Assembly (NCBI GenBank): GCA_951406725.2
Contig: OX597821.1
Span: 82,274,001-82,338,000, forward strand
Direction: 5' to 3'
Length of the DNA stretch: 64,000 bases
From: Octopus vulgaris
Lineage: Eukaryota
Shown: piece by piece, positions 1 through 13,452 of the stretch
Layout of the letters: each line of letters starts with the position of its first letter
How positions within the stretch are numbered: the stretch's first letter is position 1
The notes under the pieces: model-generated
Databases searched by the model: none
What the model saw: only the letters and a program-made list of their open reading frames with translations
What the model was told of the DNA's origin: nothing
Made by a program: the position numbers and the translations under genes

Positions 1-343
1 AAGAATGCCTTAGTGACCATCACTAACAACGCCACTGTCACCGTTGCTAGTTATTCCACTACACAAACCTGCCACCACCACCACCACCATCACTAATAAA
101 GCCACCACCATCACTGTCAACGCCACCATCACCAGCACTTTCACCACCAACACCACCACTACCATCTCTACCATAGCTACTATACAATCACCATACAATG
201 CCCCATCACCCCCGTACTAAGCAATCTATTATTAATATGGGTGCACACTATAATAACACTAGACTACAACTTTGCTGCACTGTACCCACACTACATCACC
301 TCATATGCTACAACACAACCATGCTTTATAACACCAACATCGT

Positions 344-723
344 GGCACTCCGTCGGTTATGACGATGCAAGTTCCAATTGATCCAAACAATGGAACAGCC
401 TGCTCGTGAAATTAATGTTTAAGTGGCTGAGCACTCCACAGACACATGTACCCTTAATGTAGTTCTCGGGGAGATTCAGCATGACACAGAGTGTGACAAG
501 GCTGGCCCCTTTGAAATACAGGTACAAGAGAAAGAGGAAGAAGGAGTGAGAGAAAGTTGTGGTGGAAGAGTACAGTAGGGTTCACCCCCCCCCACTCCAG
601 AGCCATGTGGAGCTTTAGGAGTTTTCACTCAATAAACACTCACAACGCCTGGTCTGGGAATCGAAACCATGATCCCATAACTGTGTGTCCGCTGCCCTAA
701 CCACTGGGTCATTGCGCATCCAC
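344..723 (-). mobile_element. tRNA-derived SINE, family C (OR-type head, GGCGCAATGGCCCAGTGGTTAGGGCAGCGGAC-like)
   Basis: Reverse complement of the copy at 14606-14974. It has a tRNA-like A/B-box head at the right end and the shared body GTGGAGTGCTCAGCCACTT...TAACCGACGGAGTGCC. Confidence 0.85.
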
Positions 724-884
724 AACACCAGCATACATTAGATGATCGTCACACTAACATGCAAGCATACTACAACTCTTCAGCAGACTACAGCAACACA
801 CATACATACTAAAACACAATTACACACACACTAGATTGACACTACACACAACACTATCCCATACTATAGCTTCATACTGCAGTG

Positions 885-1047
885 CAGTAGCATAGCCTAG
901 GGTATGCAGAATGTGTAGTCCACAGAAGGTATCCACTTTGAATGGGGGTGGCAGACAAATATTGGAGGCATGTTACATTTCAAGATAGGGGTGGCTAATT
1001 TGGCTATTACAAAGGAAAGGGTGTTCAAAACACATGCTATGACACTG
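885..1047. mobile_element. degraded hAT-like MITE
   Basis: Imperfect TIRs CAGTAGCATAGC / GCTATGACACTG (10/12). Size and TIR resemble the element at 52205-52368. No clear TSD. Confidence 0.4.
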
Positions 1048-1469
1048 CCGCAACCATACAACATCACATGCCACAATAACATCATGGGCAAGCCAATGAG
1101 GAAGCTTGCACATGGTGGAATGGTTTGCTAAAAATAGCAACCAAGTTTCCCTCAAGTCTTTAAAAAGAACATATTGAATGGATACTGTGATATTTGAGTT
1201 CCGTGCATAAAGAAAAAAGTCTTGATAGTCATATCTGGAGCTCCATTAATCATAGGTCTGATTGATCCATCGCCATCACCACCACCACCACCACCACCAC
1301 CACAACACCAGCAATATCATCACCACTAAAACTATCACCACTACAACAACAACAACAACACCATCACAAACATCACCACTAACACCACCAACACCACCAC
1401 CAACACCAACACTACCACCAACACCAACACCACCACCATAGCTATCATACCGCAACACTGCCATTTTAC

Positions 1470-1740
1470 AAACTCTTCACTTCTTGAACAGGGCTGACCT
1501 GGGGTCAACCCAGATCGAGGAGACAGACGCCGATCAAATTTTATGCATATATCATCAGTGAAGGTATCTGTGACATAGTTCTGTTGAACAGACAAGTGAC
1601 TATTGATGGAGTAGAAAATGTTATTCAAATTAGCCAAGGCTCTGTCTACAAAATCGTAAACTGCTGTCTTAGCTTTAATAGAGTTTTCTGCAAGATGGAT
1701 CTCAAAACAACAACAGTAACAGAAACACCATACATTATGC
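1470..1740 (+). pseudogene. mariner/Tc1 transposase relic (N-terminal HTH region)
   Basis: The + frame reads LNRQVTIDGVENVIQISQGSVYKIVNCCLSFNRV, then SARWISKQ after a frameshift. This resembles the mariner DRRVTI...ISHGS...LGFHKVCARWVPKQL motif. Confidence 0.7.
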
Positions 1741-2179
1741 AACTATGCAACATGACTATATTATAACAACACAGATACTACGTGAGTCAAGGGACTTCTA
1801 TATTATCACTCTCAGCTTGTCGCTTGATCTGCTAGAAAGAGTAAGAAATGGTAGCCAAATATCTCTCTCAAATCAGAGCATAAGATTCTTTAAGAAAGCT
1901 AGGAACAATGAACATATTGGGTGATGTAGTTCTAGATATATTAAGTCAGGATAAAAGATAAGATGATTTTGGGACCTGCTTGATCAAGAGTGATCTGGTC
2001 CTGCACAACAAAAACAACAACAACAGAATTGTCATAATTATCATTATCATCAATATCATCATCATCATCATCATCATCATCATCGTCATCGTTGTTGTCA
2101 TCGTTGTCGTTGTCATCATCATTACCATTGTCATCGCCGTCATCATGATCATGGTACTACATTGAAGGGGTTTTATATT

Positions 2180-2234
<55 letters not shown>

Positions 2235-2410
2235 ATTACTGTTGGTCGTATCAACCCCAATATTTACTTCAATTTTGGTACTTATTCTACAGGTATCTCT
2301 TTTTTTGCCAAAAACAGAGTCCAATAGAGAATGCAAGCCAACCTACACCTGTTACCAAATGATAAGAAGCACACACATGCATGCACATACACACTCACAC
2401 ACACATATAA

Positions 2411-2613
2411 ATGAGAAGTTGTTGAAAAGTTCCTGGATTTTGGTAAAAGAAAATACAGTTAAGATTTTACTCAGCATATTCCCTTCTCACATTCACACAC
2501 TTTTTGCAGCGGTCCTTCAGTTTTTCTAAGTCCTGTAAAAGAACTCGGAATGTTGGGCCCCCAATCAGGTCTTTCATGATACCTTTAAAGCCAGGAACTT
2601 TTAGCACCCTCTG
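2411..2613. mobile_element. mariner-type MITE
   Basis: TIR cores AAAAGTTCCTGGATTT / AAAGCCAGGAACTTTT around a non-coding interior, between microsatellites. Confidence 0.6.
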
Positions 2614-3171
2614 TGTGTATATATATATATGTGTGTATGTGTATATATTTGCATGTATGCATGTATGCATGTATGTATGCATAAATGACAAACTTCGGTA
2701 CAGCTTCTGTCAGACGAGTTCACCCTCAAGGCATCAGTAGATCTGGAGCTAAAGTATAGGCCACTTGCACAAGGTACTAAACACATTTATGTGTTGTTCA
2801 CCCTGTTAGAAACAGCAACAAAATCTTCCTTGGGTTATACCCTGCCGTCTTAAAAATGGATAATAGGTTTCTGAGTTCCCAAGGAGAAAAGAAGAAGGAT
2901 TACCAATGATCCTTTGGAGAGCTTCCGAGTAATGAGAAGGAGGGAGAGAAGGAAGAGAAGGAGGAGGAGGGAGGATGTACCCACGACCAAAGACGCAAAA
3001 ACAACATTTGCAGTAGAGCAGACTCTTCCTTGTCTTTCTCATTTGGAAAGCCATGATTGGAATGCCTTGAGTCATGAGTTTTCTCAGTCAAGGTTCATCT
3101 TGAGCTAAATAGCAACAACATGAACTACACAACTACACAATTCACACAACATGCAATGAGCACACATGCAG

Positions 3172-3199
<28 letters not shown>

Positions 3200-3204
<5 letters not shown>

Positions 3205-4968
3205 CTGGCTTTCGTTGACATGGAGAAAGCCTTTGACAGGGTCCCTCGATCCCTTATTTGGTGGTCAATGAGGAAACTAAGGATAGATGAATGGTTAGAG
3301 AGAGCTGTGCGAGCCTTGTACAGGGACGCTGTTAGTAAGGTGAGGGTTGGCAACGAGTACAGTGAAGAATTCCGGGTAGAGGTAGGGGTCCACCAAGGCT
3401 CAGTCCTCAGCCCCCTCCTATTTATCATAGTCCTCCAGGCAATAACGGAAGAATTCAAGACAGGATGCCCCTGGGAGCTCCTCTATGCTGATGACCTTGC
3501 TCTAATTGCTGAGTCACTATCAGAACTGGAGGAGAAGTTTCAGGTGTGGAAACAAGGATTAGAATCGAAGGGCCTTAGAGTCAACCTAGCTAAAACCAAA
3601 GTCGTAATCAGTAGGAAGGTAGACAAATCACAAATGCCTTCAGCTAGATGGCCCTGCTCGACCTGTAGGAAAGGCGTAGGTAGAAACTCTGTAAGATGCA
3701 CTAAGTGTAAGCTATGGACACACAAGAGGTGCAGCAACGTCAAGGGAAGGCTAACTAGGAAGATAGTTTTTGTATGTGGCAGATGCTCAGGAGCAATAAA
3801 CACTGAAAATGCGCCACATTCCAGGGAGAAAAACTAGAAATAGTTGATAGCTTCCGTTACCTAGGTGACCAAGTCAGTAGCAGGGGCAGAAGTGCTGAAA
3901 GTGTAACTGCTAGAGTAAGAATAGCTTGTGCAAAGTCCAGAGAGCTCTTACCTCTGCTGGTGACAAAAGGCCTCTTGCTCAGAGTAAAAGGCAGACTGTA
4001 TGACGCATGTGTACGAATAGCAATGCTACATGGCAGTGAAACATAGACTGTGACTGCTGAGGATATGCGTAAGCTCGCAAGAAATGAAGCCAGTATGCTC
4101 CAATGGATGTGTAATGTCAGTGTTCATACTTGACAGAGTGTTAGTACCTTGAGAGAAAAGTTGGCCCTAAGAAGCATCAGATGTGGTGTGCAAGAGAGAC
4201 GTCTACGCTGGTATGGACACGTGGCAAGAATGGATGAAGATAGTTGTGTGAAAAAGTGCCACACCCTAGTGGTTGAGGGAACCTGTGGAAGAGGTAGACC
4301 CAGGAAAACCTGGGACGAGGTGGTGAAGCACAACCTTCAAACATTAGGTCTCACCGAAGAAATGACTAGTGACTGAGACCTTTGGAAGTATGCTGTGCAT
4401 GAGAAGACCCGGCAGGACAAGTGAGACCATAACCCGTGGCCTCTACCTGGGATGTAGCCAGTCCACTTGTGCATACCTTTCCTTCTTGGGACACAAAACT
4501 CTACTTGTGAGGACCTGTTGAGGCAAGTGAAAATCGAAATCGATCAACATAAATGGAAATTGTAGTTGTGATACCAGTGCCAGTGGCATGTAAGAGAACC
4601 ATCTGAACGTGGCCGTTGCCAGCGCCCCCGCCCCACTGACTAGCCTCCATGCCAGTGGCACGTAAAATGCACCATCCGATTGGGGCCGTTGCCAGCCTCG
4701 TCTAGCCCCTGTGCCGGTGGCATGTAAAAAGCACCATCCGATCGTGGCCGTTTGCCAGCCTCGTCTGGCACCTGTACAGGTGGCACGTAAAAAGCACCAT
4801 CCGATCATGGAGTGGTTGGCGTTAGGAAGGGCATCCAGCTGTAGAAACACTGCCAGATCAGACTGAGTCTAGTGCAGCCTTCTGGCTTCCCAGACCCCAG
4901 TTGAACCGTCCAACCCATGCTAGCATGGAAAGCGGACGTTAAACAATGATGATGATGATGATGATGAT
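3200..4968 (+). mobile_element. 5'-truncated RTE-clade LINE (RT C-terminal half, disrupted) with 3' UTR and (GAT)n tail
   Basis: RT motifs AFVDMEKAFDRV, GVHQGSVLSPLLF and LLYADD, then RLRWYGHV and GRGRPRKTW. A deletion/frameshift near 3812 and internal stops disrupt it. The original stop is at 4422-4424. The 3' UTR has ~60-bp repeats and ends in (GAT)n. Confidence 0.95.
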
Positions 4969-5000
4969 ATATATATATGTACATATATATATATATATAT

Positions 5001-5049
<49 letters not shown>

Positions 5050-5156
5050 TACATATATATATACATATATATATATATACATATATACATATATACATAA
5101 GCATATAGATATATACATATACATATACATATATATATATATACATATACATATAC

Positions 5157-5239
<83 letters not shown>

Positions 5240-5255
5240 CATATATATATATATA
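4969..5255. repeat. (TA)n/(TACA)n compound microsatellite
   Basis: Seen directly in the sequence. Confidence 0.95.
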
Positions 5256-5665
5256 CAGGTCATCATCGACTTAGGTCCACAATTGGTTCCAACTGCCTGG
5301 TCATAAGTCGATTTGGTTGTAAGTCAGCCTATAGGCCCATACATAGCTTTGTTTTATAGTTTTACATTCTTAAGGTACATTCTCAGGTAAAAGCAACACA
5401 CAGCATTCTGTATTATACTATTATACTCGCATTAGTAAAATAGTAAAACATTTCGAAGGTTGCCTTACGAGGTTGCCTTGATGTCTCTGCAACAGGATAT
5501 TCATCCAACACTTGGGATAACCACAGTGGCAACTGATAACCAAACCTAGGGGAAGCGTTTGTTAGCTGACATCATATGTAGATGGGTTAATTTCAACTGG
5601 ACTATTTATTATTGCTGCCAGGAGCAATCGGTCGTAAGTTGTACAGGTCATAAGCTGACGATGAT
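5256..5665. mobile_element. pogo/Tigger-like MITE (right end truncated)
   Basis: Starts TA|CAGGTCATCATCGACTTA. The right end GGTCATAAGCTGACGATGAT is an imperfect inverted match, with internal GGTCGTAAGT-like subterminal repeats. Confidence 0.5.
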
Positions 5666-6135
5666 AGATCGCTAGCCACTACACATTCTTTATTTTGTCT
5701 CCTTGTTTCTTTCTGTGTTCCTTTCTGTGGAAGAGCGTAGGCTCGAAACGCTAAAGACTTTTTCACTTCCCGAGCGTTATACTAATACATCTGTTTGTTG
5801 TCTACACCACCAGTCTTCATCTTTTGTTTTTTGTGAACTCTCCCCCTATATATATATATATATGTATGTATGTATGTATGTATGCTAATATTGCGTCTAG
5901 TACAGTGGATCTCTGGATTGCACCTATACTGTAGTACAGTGGTATTGCAGCCAATCACTACAACACTACAGCATGATGACTACTTCATCGAATTTTTCAC
6001 TGCCAGCACCATCATGCAAACTGTATTGCAATATTGACCACTATACCAATAAACTATATCATCACTACCACTTCTACTACTACCACTACTAATATTACCA
6101 CTGCAGCATCTTAACTCAGTAATGTAAACATAGCA

Positions 6136-6172
<37 letters not shown>

Positions 6173-7426
6173 CTTCCTCTCTCTCTTCTCTCACTTTATT
6201 TCCCTCCCTCTATCTTTTTCACTCTCTTTAATGACATCATCCTCCATTACCAATAAATGAATATATAAAATTCTTACATCTTTCCCCAAGAACAAAATGT
6301 TCCATCAACTGATAAAGCTGTGTGGAAACAGAAAACTTGCAGAATGGCGCTAGGAAACAATAATTACAGCATCCCAGTCCTGAGTTGCTAAGGCAACTTA
6401 GAACATGAGACAAAAATACAATTATCCAGTAGTAAAAATTACTAGATGTTGCTTTATGACAAAACAATGAATATTAGCTGCATTATGTAATGTCTGTTTT
6501 ATTATAATCAACACAATATAAATACATACACATACATATAAATATATATATAATTTTTGTGTGTACACACATATATATATATTTGTATGTATATGTATAT
6601 ATACATACACAGATGCATATGTGTGTGTATGTGGTAGTTTACATTAGTGTGTTTGTGAAGCTGTATCTACAGGCCTACTATTGCAGTTATTGCTGATTAT
6701 AAAAGTATTAATCTTAGTAATGTGAATTTATGAGTATAAACTTCACTATAAAACTTTGCTTGCAAAAGCCATATAAGTTACATCATGAAACTAGGAAATG
6801 TCGTGCTGGTAAGAAATTATGTAAATTACGCCACAGGATAGAGCAGGTCTTTTTATATATGAGTGAAATTTATTGTAATTGATTTAAGAACTAAGTAAGC
6901 TATGCCATAAGGTTAGTTTTGAAATTGTGCATTGGTGCAAAATCAATGCCCTCCCAATACATAAACATAATTATATACAATTATTTTGTATCAATGAAGC
7001 TTACAAACTTCATTCATTTTGTGAACTCAAAGTAGAACTACATTTTCTTTTCTTTTTTCAAATACTTTGTTAATGACACCAATCTCAAGCTTCCACTTCG
7101 AACCTTCTGAGAAGGAATCTATAAAAAGGTTACACTTTATTATCTCACTTTTCAGTTGGAAATTTAACTATGCAGGTCTTTAATTCTATTTTTTTTTTTT
7201 TTTTTTTTTTTTTTGCTTTTCATCTTTTAGTGTGGAAAGAATGCAGTACCCACGATCGTTTAGATAGCGTCCAATTAGTGGTGGGAGGAAGAAAGTATTT
7301 TCAACCAAAGATATGAGATGTTTTGGCACAGCTGTTTTGGTACTGCCCATATTACATCACTAATTCAATACTGGCTTATTTGACATCAGACCTTTTAATG
7401 TCCCCTATTCTGTCTCTTTTTCTCTT

Positions 7427-7466
<40 letters not shown>

Positions 7467-8193
7467 AAATATATGCATACAATATTAGATATGTACATAT
7501 ATACACAAGGGTACTCATGTAGTACCCTTGTGTATATATGTACATATCTAATATTGTATGTATATATTTTATTAATTTTCTTATACGGCTGATAATTCGC
7601 TTACCACCTGTGATGGTATTTTAATAATGCCATCCCTATATTTATATATATATATATATACATATAGTCAATTCAAATAAATGGAAAAAAGGATTAAAAA
7701 AATTATTGTGAGGACATGCATTACAGATGTATTAGTTTGACACTCTGTGAAAGGAGAGAGTTTGATGTCTCGAGCATAGCTCTTCATCGGAAAAGAGAAA
7801 AGGAAAAATCCAGAGATGGAAAAGAAACTGCCAACAGCACATGTGTAGTTACATTGCTGATATGCATGCAGACTTATACACAGACAGACAAATAAAGAGA
7901 TAGATATATATATAGATAGATCTATATGTGTATATTTCTGCATGCATGTGCATGAGTGTGTGTTTGTTTCCAGTGCCAAAGAGCATTGTGCTTGCCTCCA
8001 GTACCAAAAAATACTATCACCAAAGTAGGCTTAATGTCCTATTAGCTATGCGAAATCACCAGTGTCCAAACAATAACATCCAATCATTTCATTCCAGTCA
8101 ACCATAGACCTAACACAAATGCTTGCAACAGAGAAGCTTCCTCTGCCAAGGCACCTAATATTCCAGGTCATCACTGCCATCATCATCATTTAA

Positions 8194-8415
8194 CCCTTTT
8201 GATACCAACCCAGCTGAAACCGCCTCTGGCTCTGTAGTACAAATGTCTTGTTTTCAAAAATTCTGAATTAAAATCTTCCAACAAACCTTAGGCACAATTT
8301 ATGTTCCTAACACTAACTTAATGATTACTGAGTTATTTTACTAAATTCTTTGTTACATTTAAAATTAATTGAAAGAAACGCAGAGCACCTCAACAATAAT
8401 ACGGTAACGAAAGGG
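8194..8415. mobile_element. piggyBac-type MITE
   Basis: TTAA on both sides and TIRs CCCTTTTGATACC / GGTAACGAAAGGG (11/13). It interrupts a LINE-tail repeat exactly at its CATCATTTAA motif. Confidence 0.85.
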
Positions 8416-8419
8416 TTAA

Positions 8420-8580
8420 CATGTTTTTCATGCATACTGGCATAGATTGACCAGTTTGATATGAGCTGGAAAGCTGGAAAACCAGAGGGCTATATCAGGC
8501 TCCAGTCCTTTGTTTTTTGGCATGGTTTCTATTGTTGGATGCCCTTCCTAACACCAACCACTTTACAGAGCATACTGGAT
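8420..8580 (-). mobile_element. RTE LINE 3'-tail derived repeat (family D)
   Basis: Contains GGATGCCCTTCCTAACACCAACCAC, which is shared with the LINE 3' UTRs at 4810-4945 and 54680-54850. Confidence 0.7.
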
Positions 8581-9369
8581 GCGTAGTGGTGGTGATGTGA
8601 AATCAAGTGACAGATAAAATTTACCATCCGAGTTGGTTACAGTAAGATTTCAACTCAGAATGCAAAGAGCTAGGATAATTTCTAGCAGGAATCTGGTCTG
8701 GTCTGGTATTCTTACTGTTCTATTAATCCACAGCTTTAGACTGGTAACTTCTTTTATCAAACCCCAAAAGAATAAAAAACAATGTTGAATGAGATGGTCT
8801 TTGCAAATTTTTGAAGTATGACGGAAAGATGACAGAGACAAAAGAGAAACATCCAAATTGAACTCAGAACATGGACAGATGGAAGAAAAACCTGCATGAC
8901 GTTTTAGCCAACATCATTGTCATCGACATCATACTTATCACCATTATTGTCATTTTCATTGAAGTCATCAACATCATAGTTGATGTTGTTGTTATCACCA
9001 TCATCTTTATAATTCTCATCACAATCATCCTCATCAGCACAACCACAACCACCACCATTATCATCATCATCATCATCATCACAACCATCATCATCCTCTA
9101 CATAATCTTCATCATCATTTTTTTTCACATGTTTTATCCATGCTAGTATGGGCTGAGACATTTTTTGGCAGTGCAACTGTATACCCTTTCTAATGCTACC
9201 CTTTTTAGTCTTCGCAGTTATTTGAAAACTGAGATACACTAGGTACAATGACTATTTACTCATCCCTTGATTCAGTAAAAAAAAAACATAGACACAAACA
9301 CACAAAAAAATTTGCTAAAACCAAAGTGTAAGGGCAGGCTCCTTTAAAATCATTTACTTTGTTTGGCAT

Positions 9370-9562
9370 AAGTACTGAAATTTTTGGGGAAGGACCAGTT
9401 GATTAGATCAACCCCAGTACGTAAATGGTACTTAATTTATCAACCCCGAAAGGATGAAAGGCAAAGTTGACCTCGGCAGAATTTGAGCCCAGAATGTAAA
9501 GACACGAAATACCACTAAGCATTTCACCTGGCATGCTAACGATTCTGCCAGCTCACCACCTT
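9370..9562 (-). mobile_element. tRNA-derived SINE, family B (Meta-domain-like core)
   Basis: The - strand reads GGTGAGCTGGCAGAA...GAGGTCAACTTTGCCTTTCATCCTTTCGGGGTTGATAAATTAAGTACCA. Many copies in the window. Confidence 0.8.
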
Positions 9563-10125
9563 GCTGGATCTTGGACATTAGTTGGTAGAGACAGACAACT
9601 TTCAGTAGCTGGAGATGGGACTTGTGCCTCTCTGTTTCTAAATCTAGTGGGAAATGTATTAGAGATCTGCAGTGAATAATTGATGGTTTGCAGGGTTGCT
9701 GGGATAGAGTTGGGTGAATTGATCAGTGTAGGGAAGTCGATACAATCTGAGAAAAATCTGAGTTACATATTGCTGCTAGCAGGAAATCAGATAGCATTGA
9801 CTTTAACAACAATAACAGCAAAAATAGAAATAGCAATAGCAACACGTACAGTGAAACAACAACAAAATCAAAAGCATTCATAATATATCCAAACAGGAAC
9901 AACAGTTGCACGCACACACACACACGCACGCACACACACACACAAACACAAACATGCATATACACACACATACACAAACACGCATGCACACACACAGATA
10001 CACAGACACATGTATATCCGTCAGTTGTCCATAATTTAGAAGAAAAAAATCACACTAAAAAATTTTATGCAGTTATACTTTTATGTATTCAAGTAGTATA
10101 TATCCTTGGTTACAGCTATATCTGG

Positions 10126-10199
<74 letters not shown>

Positions 10200-10409
10200 T
10201 ATATATATATCAGACAAAAAGAGATAACAAAGCCAAGGCTGTGAGGAGTTTTCAGGACATTTATAAGGAAAGAGATATAGATATAGTCTTACAGCTGTTT
10301 CTGGGATATTATGGATATGTATGTATGTTTGTATGTATGCATGCATGCATACATCTATCTATCTGCCTGTCTGTCTGTCTGTCTGCCTGCCTGCCTGCCT
10401 ATCTATCTA

Positions 10410-10463
<54 letters not shown>

Positions 10464-10870
10464 GGCGTAGGAGCGGCTGTGTGGTAAGTAGCTTGCTTAC
10501 CAACCACATGGTTCCGGGTTCAATCCCACTGTGTGGCACCTTGGGCAAGTGTCTTCTACTATAGCCTCGGGCCGACCAAAGTCTCGTGAGTGGATTTGGT
10601 AGATGGAAATTGAAAGAAGCCCATCATATATATTTATATATATGTGTGTGTGTGTTTGTGTGTCTGTGTTTGTCCCCTCAACATCGCTTGACAACCGATG
10701 CTGGTGTGTTTATGTCCCTGTAACTTAGCAGTTTGGCAAAAGAGACAGATAGAATATGTACTAAGCTTACAAAGAATAAGTCCTGGGGTCGATTTGCTCG
10801 ACTAAAAGTGGCGCTCCAGCATGGCCACAGTCACATGACTGAAACAAGTAAAAGAATAAAAGAGTAAAAG

Positions 10871-10871
<1 letters not shown>
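10464..10871 (+). mobile_element. tRNA-derived SINE, family A (CORE-like, internal TA/TG microsatellite, AAAAGAGT tail), full length
   Basis: GGCGTAGGAGCGGCTGTGTGGTAAG head, GGTTCAATCCC B-box and GGCACCTTGGGCAAGTG core. Near-identical to 59278-59700. Confidence 0.9.
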
Positions 10872-10914
<43 letters not shown>

Positions 10915-11049
10915 ATTTTTTATCTTTTACTTGTTTCAGCCAGTAAACTGGTGCTGTCATGAAAAACTCTTTTGTAGTCAAATGATATATATATACACAC
11001 ACATACACAGATAGATAGACAAATAAACATGTTTGTGTATATGTGTGTG

Positions 11050-11081
<32 letters not shown>

Positions 11082-11309
11082 GAGCAGGGGAGAGAGACAG
11101 AGAGAGAGGGAGGGAGGGTGAAGAAAGAGTGAGAAAGAGAGACAGACAGACAGATGGAGAGATATTTATATATAATATATTTGTGCATGTCTGCATGTGT
11201 GTGCATGTATGCATGAGTGTGTGCATGTATGCATGAGTGTGTGCATGTATGCATGAGTGTGTGCATGTGGCTGTGTGTGTGTGTATGTATGTGTGTGTGA
11301 GTGTGAGTG

Positions 11310-11499
11310 TATCTTTTATTAAGTAAGTGATGCTTTACAACTGTACAATTTTCTCAAAAATTTTCTGTACTTCTTCAAAAGTTTGACCTGAAAATATATT
11401 TGGATCTCTCATTATATATTCAGTCTCGCCTTTGAAGAAATGTAATAATCTATTAAATCAATTGAACAGTTGTAAGGCATCACTTAGTTAAAAGAAATA
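11310..11499. mobile_element. MITE with ~30-bp TIRs
   Basis: TAAGTGATGCTTTACAACTGTACAATT / AATTGAACAGTTGTAAGGCATCACTTA inverted repeats. Confidence 0.7.
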
Positions 11500-11547
11500 C
11501 CAACTCTGCTTCTCTAACATACTGAGTACCTTCTTATGTATGTATAC

Positions 11548-11591
<44 letters not shown>

Positions 11592-11605
11592 ATATGTATG
11601 TATGA

Positions 11606-11637
<32 letters not shown>

Positions 11638-11961
11638 TTAATTTACACACACGCACACATATATATGTATAAATATTAATATACACACTCAATTGCCTGT
11701 CTTTCCTAACTAATGGATTCTTAGATAACTCTGTGTGTGTGTGTGTGTGTATGCGTATATAATCATAAAAAAAACGGAGAAAGAAAGACAACAAGAAAAA
11801 AACAACAATGTGGGGACGTTATACATGTAAAGTATTAATACGACACTCAGAGAAGGAAAGAGTGGTTGTTTTACTTTTTGAGTAAAGTTCTTCTCCTGAA
11901 ACAGGAGACATAAGAAAATCCACAAGAACAGGAAGAAGGTGGAAAAAAGTCGCCAACAGTC

Positions 11962-12019
<58 letters not shown>

Positions 12020-12085
12020 AGAATCCATTAAACAAGAAAGAGAGGCACATGTATTGTCAATAGAGTGGGTGTATTAAAATCTGTA

Positions 12086-12206
12086 CTGGGTGACCATAAA
12101 GTCTGGATGCAGAGATGAAAATGACAAACTTATACTCAATCTGGAGATGTAAAAAACAAGAATATTAGTGAAGTTTCCTAAATATCAAAACTCTATGGTC
12201 ACACTG
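12086..12206. mobile_element. Tc1/mariner MITE (121 bp)
   Basis: TA|CTGGGTGACCATAAAGT ... ACTCTATGGTCACACTG|TA: imperfect TIRs with a TA TSD. Confidence 0.7.
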
Positions 12207-12364
12207 TAAAATATAGTATTATAAACTCATTTGAGCTGATACTATAGAACCATATCAGCCCTTGAAACAAAGGCTGAAATTTTTAAGATTTACTTCTAAC
12301 TCTTGTGTGTGAAACCAATGGGTAAAATCAAGTGATATAGATCTATTATATTGCAATGTATAAA

Positions 12365-13452
12365 TATTGGTTTGAAATTTTGGCACAAGGTCAGCAATTT
12401 TTGGTAGGGTGTAAGTCAATTACATTAACACCAGAGCTTGACTGGTACTCATTTCATTGATCCCAAAAGGATAAAAGACAAAGCCAACCTCAGCAGAATT
12501 TGATCTCAAAACATAAATATGAATGAAATGCCACTAGACATTCTGCTAGCTTGCCACCTTATAAGTATTGAATTTTTTTATAAGCATAAACCCACAATTC
12601 TATGTGGGTAACATAGAGGTGTGGTTTCAAGTCCCACATGTACAGAAACCCTACTTTTTTCTGCTGAGGGCTTATAAGCCCTAATATTAGACAATTTTCT
12701 TCAGTCAATACACAGTGAGTGCTAATAAATTTTCAGCTTCTAAAAAAGAAAATATTATTCACAGAATTGTAAAACTCAGCACCATTTATAAAATCATCCC
12801 TTGTTTGTATAAATATAGATTTCAAATTTTGGCCTAAGGACAACAATTTGGTAGGGATGCAAGCTGATTACATCAACCTCAGTGTTCAACTGGTATTATA
12901 CTTATTTTATCGATCCCAAAATGATGAGAGGCAAAGTCAACCTCGGTGGTATTTGAACTCAAAATGTAAAGTCAGAAGGAATGCTGCTAAGCAATTTTTC
13001 TTTCGTGCAGTAATGATCCTACCAGCACACTGCCTTGTAATGTATAAATATTCTTTTCCACTCTAGGCACAAGATCTGAAATTTTGGGTGAGGTGGGGGC
13101 CAGTCGATTAGCTCGACCCCAGTACACAACTGATACTTAATTTATCAACCCAAAAAGGATGAAAGGCAAAGTCGATCTCGGAGGAATTTGAACCCAGAAC
13201 ATAAAGACAGAAATACTGCAAAGCATTTTGCCTGGCATGCTAATGTTTCTTATTTCTTTACTGCCCACAAGGGTCTACACACAGAGGGGACAAACAAGGA
13301 CAGACGAAAGGATTACATCGACCCCAGTGCATAACTGGTACTTAATTTATCGACCCCGAAAGAATGAAAGGCAAAGAGGACCTTGGTGGAATTTGAACTC
13401 AGAACGTAACGGCAGACAAAATACCGCTAAACATTTTGTCCGGTGTGCTAAC
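12365..13452 (-). mobile_element. cluster of four co-oriented family B SINEs (~12365-12560, 12820-13035, 13055-13245, 13250-13452)
   Basis: The block GGTACTTAATTTATCGACCCCGAAAGGATGAAAGGCAAAGTCGACCTC-like recurs four times with different degrees of divergence. Confidence 0.8.

Noticed and set aside
1460-1690. Possible host exon on the - strand (ENSIKAKTAVYDFVDRALANL...)
   Set aside because: The opposite strand is better explained as a mariner transposase relic, and there is no convincing splice donor.
2690-3110. Complex sequence with short ORFs on both strands
   Set aside because: All three frames after the best - strand acceptor hit stops. It shows only faint similarity to a CR1/Crack-like LINE end, too weak to annotate.
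5715-7800. GAAGAGC..GCTCGAAAC hammerhead-like strings near 5725 (+) and 7765-7795 (-)
   Set aside because: Core and stem I are too degenerate to call. They are probably decayed PLE pseudo-LTR pieces.
10464-10535. tRNA-like sequences at SINE heads
   Set aside because: They continue into SINE bodies and lack a complete cloverleaf, so they are not tRNA genes.
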